Below are positions 36,406 through 44,686 of a DNA stretch of 64,000 nucleotides, piece by piece. The notes beneath the pieces were generated by a model, which worked only from the letters and a program-made list of their open reading frames with translations, made no database searches and was not told the DNA's origin. This stretch comes from a candidate division WWE3 bacterium (GTDB lineage Bacteria > Patescibacteriota > WWE3 > UBA101185 > UBA10185). The stretch covers positions 155,971-219,970 of the forward strand of contig JAAZNV010000006.1 in NCBI GenBank assembly GCA_012798115.1, in the 5' to 3' direction. A program made the translations under genes and the position numbers. Position 1 is the first letter of the stretch, and the number at the start of each line of letters is the position of its first letter.

Positions 36406-37548
36406 ATGTCTTTAATGAAAGTAGCTATAGTATGTGATGATTTAATACAATTTGGTGGAGCTGAAAGGATAGTAGAAGCTCTTTCAGATATGTTTCCAGA
36501 AGCTCCAATTTATACTAGTGTTGCTTCCAAAAAATGGATTAAAAAATTCAAAGAAAAAGGAAGAGTGATAATAACATCGTTTCTTCAAAAATTTCCTTTA
36601 GCAGTAAAAATAAACAGATACTATTCTCCTTTTCTTCTCCATGTCTTAGCATTTGAAAGTTTTGATTTCTCAAATTTCGACCTGGTAATATCTTCTTCAT
36701 CTAGGTATGCTCACTTCATAATCACAAAACCTTCCACAAAGCATATTTGCTATATGCATTCTCCGGGTAGAATGATTTGGGAGTCTCTTGATTACTTTGA
36801 AAATGAAAATTATGGGATATTTAAACCCATTAAGAAATTTGCAAAACCTTTTCTTAAGATGCCTCTTCTTTATTTACGAGTTGTAGATTTTACCGTTTCA
36901 AGAAAAGTAGATAAGTTTATTGCAAACTCGGTAACTACTCAAAGAAGAATTAAGAAATATTACGGCAGAGACTCAGAAATAGTTAATCCTTTTGTAGATG
37001 CAAGTGAGTTTTATAATTTAAAAGATGACATAAAATCAGGAAACTACTTCTTGGTTTTAACTAGACTTTCTCCTTGGAAAAAGGTGGATATTGCAGTTAA
37101 AGCTTGTGAGTCATTCAATTTAAAATTGAAAATCATTGGTGATGGTCCTGATAAGAGAAGACTGCAAAAACTTTGTTCATCTAATAACATAGAATTTCTT
37201 GGGTATCTTAGTGATAAAGAAAAAGTAAATGTATTAAGGAGATGCAAGGCTGTAATAATTACACAAAAAGAAGATTTTGGAATAGTTCCTCTTGAAGCAA
37301 TGCTTTGTGGCAAACCTGTAATAGCCTATAAATCTGGGGGAGTCCTAGAGACTGTAGTAGAAGGTGTTACAGGAATTTTCTTTGAAGAACAAACACCAGA
37401 ATCGTTAGCGAAAGTGTTAAAAGAATTTAATCCTAGCAAATACAGATCCAAAGATTGCATAGAAAGGGCCTTAAACTTTAGAAAAGAAGTATTCTCTGAT
37501 AGAATTATGAACATAGTTCTCAACAACTCCAGCAATTTGGAAAACTAA
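36406..37548 (+). CDS. GT4 glycosyltransferase.
   Basis: 'FLVLTRLSPWKKVDIAVKAC', 'LKIIGDGPDKRRL' and 'EDFGIVPLEAMLCGKPVIAYKSGGVLETV' are present. Confidence 0.75.
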   Translation: MSLMKVAIVCDDLIQFGGAERIVEALSDMFPEAPIYTSVASKKWIKKFKEKGRVIITSFLQKFPLAVKINRYYSPFLLHVLAFESFDFSNFDLVISSSSRYAHFIITKPSTKHICYMHSPGRMIWESLDYFENENYGIFKPIKKFAKPFLKMPLLYLRVVDFTVSRKVDKFIANSVTTQRRIKKYYGRDSEIVNPFVDASEFYNLKDDIKSGNYFLVLTRLSPWKKVDIAVKACESFNLKLKIIGDGPDKRRLQKLCSSNNIEFLGYLSDKEKVNVLRRCKAVIITQKEDFGIVPLEAMLCGKPVIAYKSGGVLETVVEGVTGIFFEEQTPESLAKVLKEFNPSKYRSKDCIERALNFRKEVFSDRIMNIVLNNSSNLEN

Positions 37549-37572
37549 ATATGAGTTGTTGTATACTAATAA

Positions 37573-38226
37573 ATGATTATGAAATTTGACTCGTACGAGT
37601 TTGGAAAAAGAATAATGGATGTGTTTGGTGCTTTAGTTGGAATTATCTTTTTTTCACCTGTTATGATTCTTGCTGCTTTGTGGGTGAAAGTAGTTTCTCC
37701 GTCTGGTGGTGTGTTTGCTGATATTCCAAATAGAGTAGGTAAAGATAAGAAACCCTTTAGATTTCTTAAATTTAGGTCTATGGTTCCTGATGCTCATAAT
37801 TTTATGTTAAACAACCCAGAATTGTATAAGAAATATGTGGAGAATAATTACAAGATAAACCCTGATGAGGATCCAAGATTTTTACCAGGAGCAAAATTTG
37901 TTAGAAAGTATAGTATTGATGAACTCCCTCAATTTTTTAATGTTTTAAAAGGAGATATGAGTATAGTAGGTCCAAGAGCTTATTTTTTTTCTGAGATTCA
38001 AGAGCAAGGAGAAAAGTATTCAGAAGTAAAGCCTTTGCTAGATACTGTGTTTAGTGTAAAGCCAGGAATAACAGGATTATGGCAGGTAAGTGGCAGATCA
38101 GAAATAGGATTCCCAGACAGGGTTAGGCTTGATGCTACTTATGCTAAGAAAAGATCATTGCTTTATGATTTGCTTTTAATTCTTAAAACGCCGTATGTAG
38201 TTATTACAGGAAAGGGAGCTTTCTAA
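37573..38226 (+). CDS. Priming sugar-phosphate transferase of the bacterial sugar transferase family (small PglC/WbaP C-terminal-domain type).
   Basis: A single N-terminal transmembrane segment is followed by 'RFLKFRSMV', 'DELPQFFNVLKGDMSIVGPRA' and 'GITGLWQVSGRS'. Confidence 0.85.
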   Translation: MIMKFDSYEFGKRIMDVFGALVGIIFFSPVMILAALWVKVVSPSGGVFADIPNRVGKDKKPFRFLKFRSMVPDAHNFMLNNPELYKKYVENNYKINPDEDPRFLPGAKFVRKYSIDELPQFFNVLKGDMSIVGPRAYFFSEIQEQGEKYSEVKPLLDTVFSVKPGITGLWQVSGRSEIGFPDRVRLDATYAKKRSLLYDLLLILKTPYVVITGKGAF

Positions 38227-40334
38227 TGGCAAATACAAGATTCTGGGGGTCTAAACCTTCCAATAACGGTAAGATAAAAGGTCTTAGTAATGATTCAGCT
38301 AACAACAATGGTGGCAATACCAATAGTGTTAATAATATTAATATTAACAGTGTTAGTGACAATTCATTAGCATCTAATAAAGTTGGTTTAAGACCATCAC
38401 AAGCTATATCAAGTTTATCTAATCCACCTAAAATTAAATTTCCAAAAGTGGAGAATAAAAAAAATATGAAAAATGCTAAAAAAGCTGGGGCTATTGCCTT
38501 AGGAATAATTATTTCTCTTCTCTTATTTCTTTACTTATTGGTAGCTAAACCTGCTTTAGCTGTTTATTCAACTGCAAAGGTATTGAAAACTGATTTTGTA
38601 AAAGTTAGTGAAGCAATGAAAAACAGGGATCTTGTTGCGTTAAACAATGAGCTTGATAACACGGAAAAAGATTTGAATAACTTAAGAAGTGCAAAAGAAA
38701 AGAAATTTGGGTGGGCTAAGAATCTTAAATTATTTAAAGCAAATGAGTTTTATTCAGACTTAGATAGATTTATTAATGCAGGAATATATGCAATAGATGC
38801 TTTAAGGGAAACGTCTACAATAATTACCCCTTTTGCATCTGCAGCAGGACTTAAAGTATCCCCTGATCAAGAACTACCTGAAGCAGAAGGGTTAATGGAA
38901 GCATTTCAAGGTTGGATTTCTGTAATGCCTCAAGTGGCTGATCAAATGGATGGTGTAATTGAAAAGGTTGCAAAAATAGGAGATGAACTAAAATCTATAA
39001 ATGTAGATAAATATCCAAAAAAGATTGGAAAGTTTGCAATTAGATCAAATGTTGAATTCTTAAAGAACAACCTAGCAAAGGCAGATGATTACGCTCCGGA
39101 TATTAAGAAAGCTTTAACAATTATACCTGAGATGCTTGCCGTGGGAACTCCCACTAAAAGATACATGATTATCATGCAAAATGATAAAGAAATAAGACCA
39201 ACTGGAGGTTTTATGACTAATTATGCAACATTTAAGATCACTAACGGTCTTCTTGATTCAGATTTTACTTCAAAAGATATGTACAGCATTGATTTGGCTT
39301 TACAACCTTTAGATGATGCTGGATATGACTTTCCAGATGCTCCTGTTGCTTATATGAAGCTTTTGAAGGTAGAAAGGTGGTTTGTTAGAGATATGAATGC
39401 CTCACCAGACTTTGTGACTTCTATGGATCAGTTTATGCAATACTACAATATGGCTGGAAGATATAATCCTTATGAAATAAAACCTATTGATGGGATATTT
39501 TCCATTGATACGTTTGTGATACAAGAACTTTTAGATGTTACAGGTCCTGTTACTGTAAATGGCGTAACTTATGCAAAGGACAATGTTGTCTTAGAACTTG
39601 AAAAGATTGCTTCTCTTGCTTTAGCTGAGCAAGCAAACAGAAAGAAAGTACTCGGTGATCTAATGCAAGGTATGTTAATAAATGTGTTTGAGTCTGATAG
39701 TAGTATTTGGCCAAAATTACTAGAAAAAGGAGCAGATTTAGCGGCTAGAAAGCATATTCAGGTTTATATCTTTGATGCAGAAGCTCAGTCTTTAATAGAT
39801 AGTTATGGTTTTGGAGGAAGAATAACAGAGCAAGTTGATGGTGATTACTTAGCTGTAATTTCTACTAACCTTGGGGGAGACAAGACAAACTGGTTTACTT
39901 CAAAGGAAGTAACTCACACTCTTGAAAAAAGCAATAATAAATGGATGGATACAGTAAAGATAAAATACACATATACTCAACCAAGTGATGATTATATTGC
40001 CCTTGTTAAAAGGTTTAGAGATTGGGTAAGAGTTTATGTTCCTATAGGATCAGAGTTGATATCCGTTGAAGGCTCAGAAGATTCTACTCTTAATCTTACT
40101 GACCAAGAAAGGAATAAGGTATGGTATAGTGGCTATCTTGAATTAGGCCCTGGCGAATCAAAAGAAATCACTTTCAAGTATTACCTTCCTTCTGATGTTA
40201 AGATAGATACAGTCTATAATTTGACCATTCAAAAGCAGGGTGGAACAGATAAAGAAAAGTATATTATTATCTATGGAAATACTAAGAAGGAAATAAACTT
40301 GGATAAGGATACAAAAGTTAGCATAGATTTATAA
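38226..40334 (+). CDS. Membrane-anchored 702-aa protein with an N/S-rich low-complexity N-terminus, one transmembrane segment and a large extracytoplasmic domain. Function unknown; possibly DUF4012-like.
   Basis: 'NNNGGNTNSVNNININSVSDNS' is followed by the transmembrane segment 'AIALGIIISLLLFLYLLVA'. The gene lies directly downstream of the priming transferase. Confidence 0.5.
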   Translation: MANTRFWGSKPSNNGKIKGLSNDSANNNGGNTNSVNNININSVSDNSLASNKVGLRPSQAISSLSNPPKIKFPKVENKKNMKNAKKAGAIALGIIISLLLFLYLLVAKPALAVYSTAKVLKTDFVKVSEAMKNRDLVALNNELDNTEKDLNNLRSAKEKKFGWAKNLKLFKANEFYSDLDRFINAGIYAIDALRETSTIITPFASAAGLKVSPDQELPEAEGLMEAFQGWISVMPQVADQMDGVIEKVAKIGDELKSINVDKYPKKIGKFAIRSNVEFLKNNLAKADDYAPDIKKALTIIPEMLAVGTPTKRYMIIMQNDKEIRPTGGFMTNYATFKITNGLLDSDFTSKDMYSIDLALQPLDDAGYDFPDAPVAYMKLLKVERWFVRDMNASPDFVTSMDQFMQYYNMAGRYNPYEIKPIDGIFSIDTFVIQELLDVTGPVTVNGVTYAKDNVVLELEKIASLALAEQANRKKVLGDLMQGMLINVFESDSSIWPKLLEKGADLAARKHIQVYIFDAEAQSLIDSYGFGGRITEQVDGDYLAVISTNLGGDKTNWFTSKEVTHTLEKSNNKWMDTVKIKYTYTQPSDDYIALVKRFRDWVRVYVPIGSELISVEGSEDSTLNLTDQERNKVWYSGYLELGPGESKEITFKYYLPSDVKIDTVYNLTIQKQGGTDKEKYIIIYGNTKKEINLDKDTKVSIDL

Positions 40335-40407
40335 CTGCACTTGATTTTGTTTTAGATGATTAATTACCCCGCTTTAAGCGGGGTAATTTGAAAGTTAAAT
40401 GTAAAGA

Positions 40408-41136
40408 ATGAAAAGGTATAACACTCAAGCAATTGTCTTGAAAAGCATTAAGTATAAGGATAGTGATAAAATATTTACACTTTTAACCAAAGACTATGGA
40501 AAGGTTTCTGCTATTGCAAGAGGTGTTAGGAAAATTAATTCAAGAAGATCTGGTAATCTTGATACCTTAAATTTGATTTCAATCAGCTTTTATGAAGACT
40601 CTCATGATATGAGAAGTATAGAAGAAGTTAAGACTATTAAGTCCTTTAGAAATCTTAAAAAAGACCTTGAGAAATCTACAAAGGCTTATTATATTGTTGA
40701 ACTTATCCATAAATCTGTAGAAGAAAATGAGAAAGTGGAAGATATATTTAACTTAGCTTTACAAAGCTTAAAGACTCTTGATGAAAATAAGTATTCAGGA
40801 GGTTTAATCATTAACTTTTTTGAGTTGAATCTTATGAAAATTCTTGGATACCAGTTAACTTTAAATAAATGTAGGAAGTGTGAAAGGGTTTTAGATAATA
40901 GTTGGAAGAAATACTTTTTCAATGTAGATAATGGAAGCTTTGAATGTGAAGATTGTACAAAATATGGAATTGAAGTATCAAAAGGAGCTGCAATAGAATT
41001 TTTAAATGTCTTTAATGGTAAGTTAACTAAAGAGTCCCAAGAAGTGGATAAAGAAATAGACAAAATACTTAAAATTTATATAAGCAGGAAGCTTGAGAGT
41101 AAGTTTAAAAGCTTAGAGATTGGTTCAATGATTTGA
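40408..41136 (+). CDS. recO: DNA repair protein RecO.
   Basis: 'QAIVLKSIKYKDSDKIFTLLTKDYGKVSAIARGVRK' is present, with a C-terminal zinc finger 'CRKCERV...CEDC'. Confidence 0.8.
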   Translation: MKRYNTQAIVLKSIKYKDSDKIFTLLTKDYGKVSAIARGVRKINSRRSGNLDTLNLISISFYEDSHDMRSIEEVKTIKSFRNLKKDLEKSTKAYYIVELIHKSVEENEKVEDIFNLALQSLKTLDENKYSGGLIINFFELNLMKILGYQLTLNKCRKCERVLDNSWKKYFFNVDNGSFECEDCTKYGIEVSKGAAIEFLNVFNGKLTKESQEVDKEIDKILKIYISRKLESKFKSLEIGSMI

Positions 41137-41148
41137 TATACTTCCTTT

Positions 41149-42525
41149 ATGAAAGAAACTGAGAATTTACAACAAAAAGTAGTTGCCTTGTGCAAGAGAC
41201 GTGGTTTTGTGTTTCCAGGGTCAGAAATATATGGAGGACTTGCTAATACTTATGATTATGGGCCTTTAGGGGTTTTAATGATGCGAAACATTCAAAATCT
41301 TTGGTGGGAGAATTTTATTACTAAAAGATCAGATATGTATGGTTTAGACACAGCAATTTTCATGGCTCCTGATGTGTGGGTTGCATCTGGACATACTGCT
41401 AATTTTAATGAGGTGTTAATAGATTGCAAGAAATGCAAGAGTCGAACTGGAGCAGAAAAGATGATTGAAGCTTACTTAGAAAGTAAAGGAGATTTTACTA
41501 AAGTTGAGGGTTTACCTGTTGAAGAATTGGAAAAAATAATAAATGAGAATAAAATCTCTTGCCCTGAATGTGGAGAGTTTGATTGGACTAAACCTAGGAA
41601 GTTTAACAATCTTTTTGAAACTCACATAGGTATTGTTCCTGAAAACAAGTCTTTAACTTACTTAAGAGGTGAGCTTGCTCAAGGGATGTTTGTTAACTTT
41701 AAGAATGTTACAGATTCTTTAAGATGTAAAATCCCATTTGGGCTTGGGCAAGTTGGTAAGGTATTTAGAAATGAAATAACCAAGGGTAATTTTATTTTTA
41801 GAACCCTTGAATTTACCTTAATGGAATTTGAATACTTTTTTAACCCTAGTAAGCAAAAGTGGAATGATTTATTTGAATACTGGAAAGAAGAGATGAAAAA
41901 GTGGATTATATCTCTTGGTATTTCGGAGTCTAAGATTAGATGGAGAATTCACACAGATGAGGAACGAGCACATTATTCGACAAAAACAGAAGATTTAGAC
42001 TTTGAATTTGCTGTTGGTTTTAAAGAAATGCTTGGAATTGCTTATAGAACCGACTTTGATTTAAAAAACCACATGGAAAAATCCAGCGTAGATTTAAGGT
42101 TCACTGATCCAGAAAGTGGAGAAAGATATGTTCCTCATGTGATAGAACCAACATTTGGTTCATCGAGGATATTCTTAGCTCTTCTTACCAATGGGTATAC
42201 TGAAGAAAAAGATAGGGTATTTTTAAAATTAAATAAATTAGTAGCTCCTTATAGGGTTGCAGTATTTCCGCTTGTTAAGAACAAGGAAGAAATTGTTGAA
42301 AGAGCAAGGAAAGTTTATGAAATGATTCAAAATAAAGGATTGTCTGTTGATTGGGATGATAGGGGAAACATTGGAAAAAGATACTTTGCTCAAGATGAAA
42401 TAGGAACACCTTGTTGTATCACTATTGATTATCAAACGCTTGAAGATAATACAGTTACAATAAGAGATAGGGATACTATGAATCAACAAAGGGTTAAGAT
42501 TGAAGATATTTTTTCTAAAATCTAA
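41149..42525 (+). CDS. glyQS: Glycine--tRNA ligase of the dimeric GlyQS type.
   Basis: 'CKRRGFVFPGSEIYGGLANTYDYGPLG' and the class II aaRS motifs are present, and the protein is 458 aa. Confidence 0.9.
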   Translation: MKETENLQQKVVALCKRRGFVFPGSEIYGGLANTYDYGPLGVLMMRNIQNLWWENFITKRSDMYGLDTAIFMAPDVWVASGHTANFNEVLIDCKKCKSRTGAEKMIEAYLESKGDFTKVEGLPVEELEKIINENKISCPECGEFDWTKPRKFNNLFETHIGIVPENKSLTYLRGELAQGMFVNFKNVTDSLRCKIPFGLGQVGKVFRNEITKGNFIFRTLEFTLMEFEYFFNPSKQKWNDLFEYWKEEMKKWIISLGISESKIRWRIHTDEERAHYSTKTEDLDFEFAVGFKEMLGIAYRTDFDLKNHMEKSSVDLRFTDPESGERYVPHVIEPTFGSSRIFLALLTNGYTEEKDRVFLKLNKLVAPYRVAVFPLVKNKEEIVERARKVYEMIQNKGLSVDWDDRGNIGKRYFAQDEIGTPCCITIDYQTLEDNTVTIRDRDTMNQQRVKIEDIFSKI

Positions 42526-42554
42526 AAATTACTTTAAGCTTTGATATAAAATTT

Positions 42555-42603
42555 GGGAGTTAATAATTTTCATTAATTAACTCCCGCTTTGTTTTTCTTT
42601 TCT
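42555..42603 (+). terminator. Rho-independent terminator after glyQS, possibly bidirectional.
   Basis: A 10-bp stem 'GGGAGTTAAT'/'ATTAACTCCC' with an 11-nt loop is followed by 'GCTTTGTTTTTCTTTT'. Confidence 0.55.
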
Positions 42604-42890
42604 AAGAATTGTTCAAATGTAAGAGCTTCCAAACCTCTTTCATTAAGAGTTCTTAGTTGACAAGCTCTAGCATTAACCATAGTTAGTACTTCCCTGGCGC
42701 TACTCTCTAAGTAAAACGGGCCCATTATTCCACTTGATATATTTACACCTTTGAGGGTATCTTTAAAGACTTTGCTGTTTATTACTTCCTTAGCAGCTGC
42801 CATATCAAAATGGTTTTGTAGGTCTATTACCCAAGGCTTAGCTCCTTCCCAAGGTTTCATCGGGTTAAAGGCTTTTTTTAATTTTCCCAT
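42573..42890 (-). CDS. Hypothetical protein of about 105 aa.
   Basis: The ATG at 42890 is preceded by 'AAAGGAGAG'. Composition is non-repetitive. The 3' end overlaps the terminator stem, so confidence is modest. Confidence 0.4.
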   Translation of the reverse strand: MGKLKKAFNPMKPWEGAKPWVIDLQNHFDMAAAKEVINSKVFKDTLKGVNISSGIMGPFYLESSAREVLTMVNARACQLRTLNERGLEALTFEQFLEKKNKAGVN

Positions 42891-42985
42891 TTCTCTCCTT
42901 TTTATTAGTGCAAATAGAAAGTATACAAAATTATTTTCTATATTCAATACTTCGGGTTTTGTTTGTATTGACAATGGATATCAAA

Positions 42986-43022
42986 TGGTGGAATATGGAT
43001 ACATTACGGTGAAAGATGGTGA
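42986..43022 (+). promoter_or_regulatory. MraZ-box-like direct repeats (TGGTG / TGGAT / CGGTG / TGGTG) at about 10-bp periodicity upstream of mraZ.
   Basis: Repeats lie at 42986, 42996, 43007 and 43018. TTGACA at 42968 is a possible -35. Confidence 0.45.
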
Positions 43023-43033
43023 AATATATGAGA

Positions 43034-43438
43034 ATGTTTCTTGGGGAATATCAACCTAATATTACCGAAGGATCAAGACTAGCTTTGCCCAAGAAACTTC
43101 GGGAACAAATACGAGGGGATGAGCTTGTCCTCTCAAAGGGTTTTGAGAAGTGTATTTTTGTTTATGATAAAGAAGATTGGGTAGTTGAAGCAAATAAGCA
43201 GGTTGAAAACCCAATAAGTGACTCAAAGACAAGAGATCTTAAGAGGTATATGTATGCAGGAGCAGTTGAATCAACAATAGATGCACAAGGGAGGATAGTT
43301 TTACCCAACAGTTTAAGGGAATATGCAGATATTAGTAAAAGAACTTCAGTAATTGGAGCAGGAGATCATATAGAAATATGGGATTTGAATAATTGGAAGG
43401 AAAGATTAGAAAAAATTTCACGAGAGATATCTGCTTAG
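43034..43438 (+). CDS. mraZ: Transcriptional regulator MraZ.
   Basis: 'MFLGEYQPNITEGSRLALPKKLREQ' is present, and the duplicated SpoVT/AbrB-like halves are visible. Start at ATG 43034 rather than the listed 43016. Confidence 0.85.
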   Translation: MFLGEYQPNITEGSRLALPKKLREQIRGDELVLSKGFEKCIFVYDKEDWVVEANKQVENPISDSKTRDLKRYMYAGAVESTIDAQGRIVLPNSLREYADISKRTSVIGAGDHIEIWDLNNWKERLEKISREISA

Positions 43439-43442
43439 AAAG

Positions 43443-44324
43443 ATGATTTATCATACACCTGTTCTTTTAAAAGAAGCACTAGAAAATCTAAGAGTGAAAA
43501 AAGGTGGAAAGTACATAGATGCTACTCTTGGAGATGCAGGGCACACTATAGAAATATTAAAAAAGGGTGGAAGTGTGTTGGGAATTGAAATAAACGAAGG
43601 AGCACTTGTAAGAGCAAGGAAAAGAATTGAGGAAGAAAATCTAAGTCAAAACTTTATTGGGATATTAGGGAACTTTAAAAATATAGAAGAAATTGCAAAT
43701 GATAATGATTTTAACGAAGTAAGTGGAGTTCTTTATGATCTTGGTTATAGTTCTTTTGAATTAGATTACGGAGGGTTTGGTTTAAGTTTTCAGAAAGATG
43801 AGCCACTTGATATGAGATTAGATAAAAGCTTAGGAGTAACTGCTGAAGATTTAATAAACTCTCTTAGTGAAAAAGAGCTTTCTAATCTAATTTTTAATTA
43901 TTCAGATGAAAGAATGGCGAGAAAGTTTGCAAGAGCTATCGTTAAAGCTCGTAATTTGAAGAAGATTCAGACTACACTACAGCTTGCTGAGGTAATAAAG
44001 TCTGTTTCTTCCCCAGGTTATGAACGAGGTAGGATTCATCCTGCCACACGAACCTTCCAGGCACTTCGAATCGCAGTAAACGATGAGATAACTAACCTGG
44101 AGAAATCACTGCCTCGGGCCGCGCACTTATTGCTGCCTGGTAGTGTGATCGTATTGATCACCTTCCATTCATTGGAAGATAAAGTGGCCAAGGATTTTGG
44201 TCGAAGTGCGCGGTCCAGTGTAAAAGAAATATTTGAAAAACCAATAACTGCTTCTTATGAAGAGTTAGAAGCTAACACTAAAAGTAGAAGTGCAAAGCTT
44301 AGGGTTTTTGAAAAGATAAAGTAA
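43443..44324 (+). CDS. rsmH: 16S rRNA (cytosine1402-N4)-methyltransferase RsmH (MraW).
   Basis: 'MIYHTPVLLKEALENL', 'DATLGDAGHT' and 'HPATRTFQALRIAVNDE' are present. Confidence 0.9.
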   Translation: MIYHTPVLLKEALENLRVKKGGKYIDATLGDAGHTIEILKKGGSVLGIEINEGALVRARKRIEEENLSQNFIGILGNFKNIEEIANDNDFNEVSGVLYDLGYSSFELDYGGFGLSFQKDEPLDMRLDKSLGVTAEDLINSLSEKELSNLIFNYSDERMARKFARAIVKARNLKKIQTTLQLAEVIKSVSSPGYERGRIHPATRTFQALRIAVNDEITNLEKSLPRAAHLLLPGSVIVLITFHSLEDKVAKDFGRSARSSVKEIFEKPITASYEELEANTKSRSAKLRVFEKIK

Positions 44325-44326
44325 GT

Positions 44327-44638
44327 ATGTTTAAACAAAAGAAAAATATATTTAAGTTAAGTTTTGTGTTTGCAACTTTTTTATTTTTGTCCTGTGTTGT
44401 TTGCAAGCTTTACTTATGTAGTAGCTTGGCTATTAAGAATAGTGAGTTAGAAAATACTATTAATGCTAAAAAACAGCTTGAGAAGGAGATATCCAAGCTC
44501 AGTTTTGAAAATTCTACTCTTTCTTCAATAGATGCTGTTGAAAAAAAAGCTAGAGAAATGGGTTTTATTGATATGTCAGAAAGACTTTCATCGATAGATC
44601 CAAATGCTCCTGTTCAAGTTGCTGTGCTAAAGCAATAG
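44327..44638 (+). CDS. FtsL-like cell-division protein with an N-terminal transmembrane segment and a coiled coil.
   Basis: Its position between rsmH and ftsI, the transmembrane segment 'FVFATFLFLSCVVCKLYL' and the heptad-rich 'NTINAKKQLEKEISKLSFEN' support this call. Confidence 0.5.
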   Translation: MFKQKKNIFKLSFVFATFLFLSCVVCKLYLCSSLAIKNSELENTINAKKQLEKEISKLSFENSTLSSIDAVEKKAREMGFIDMSERLSSIDPNAPVQVAVLKQ

Positions 44639-44686
44639 GTCAATCAATAGGTTTTACCTCGTAAAACGTTCTTGTACAATTAAGGT

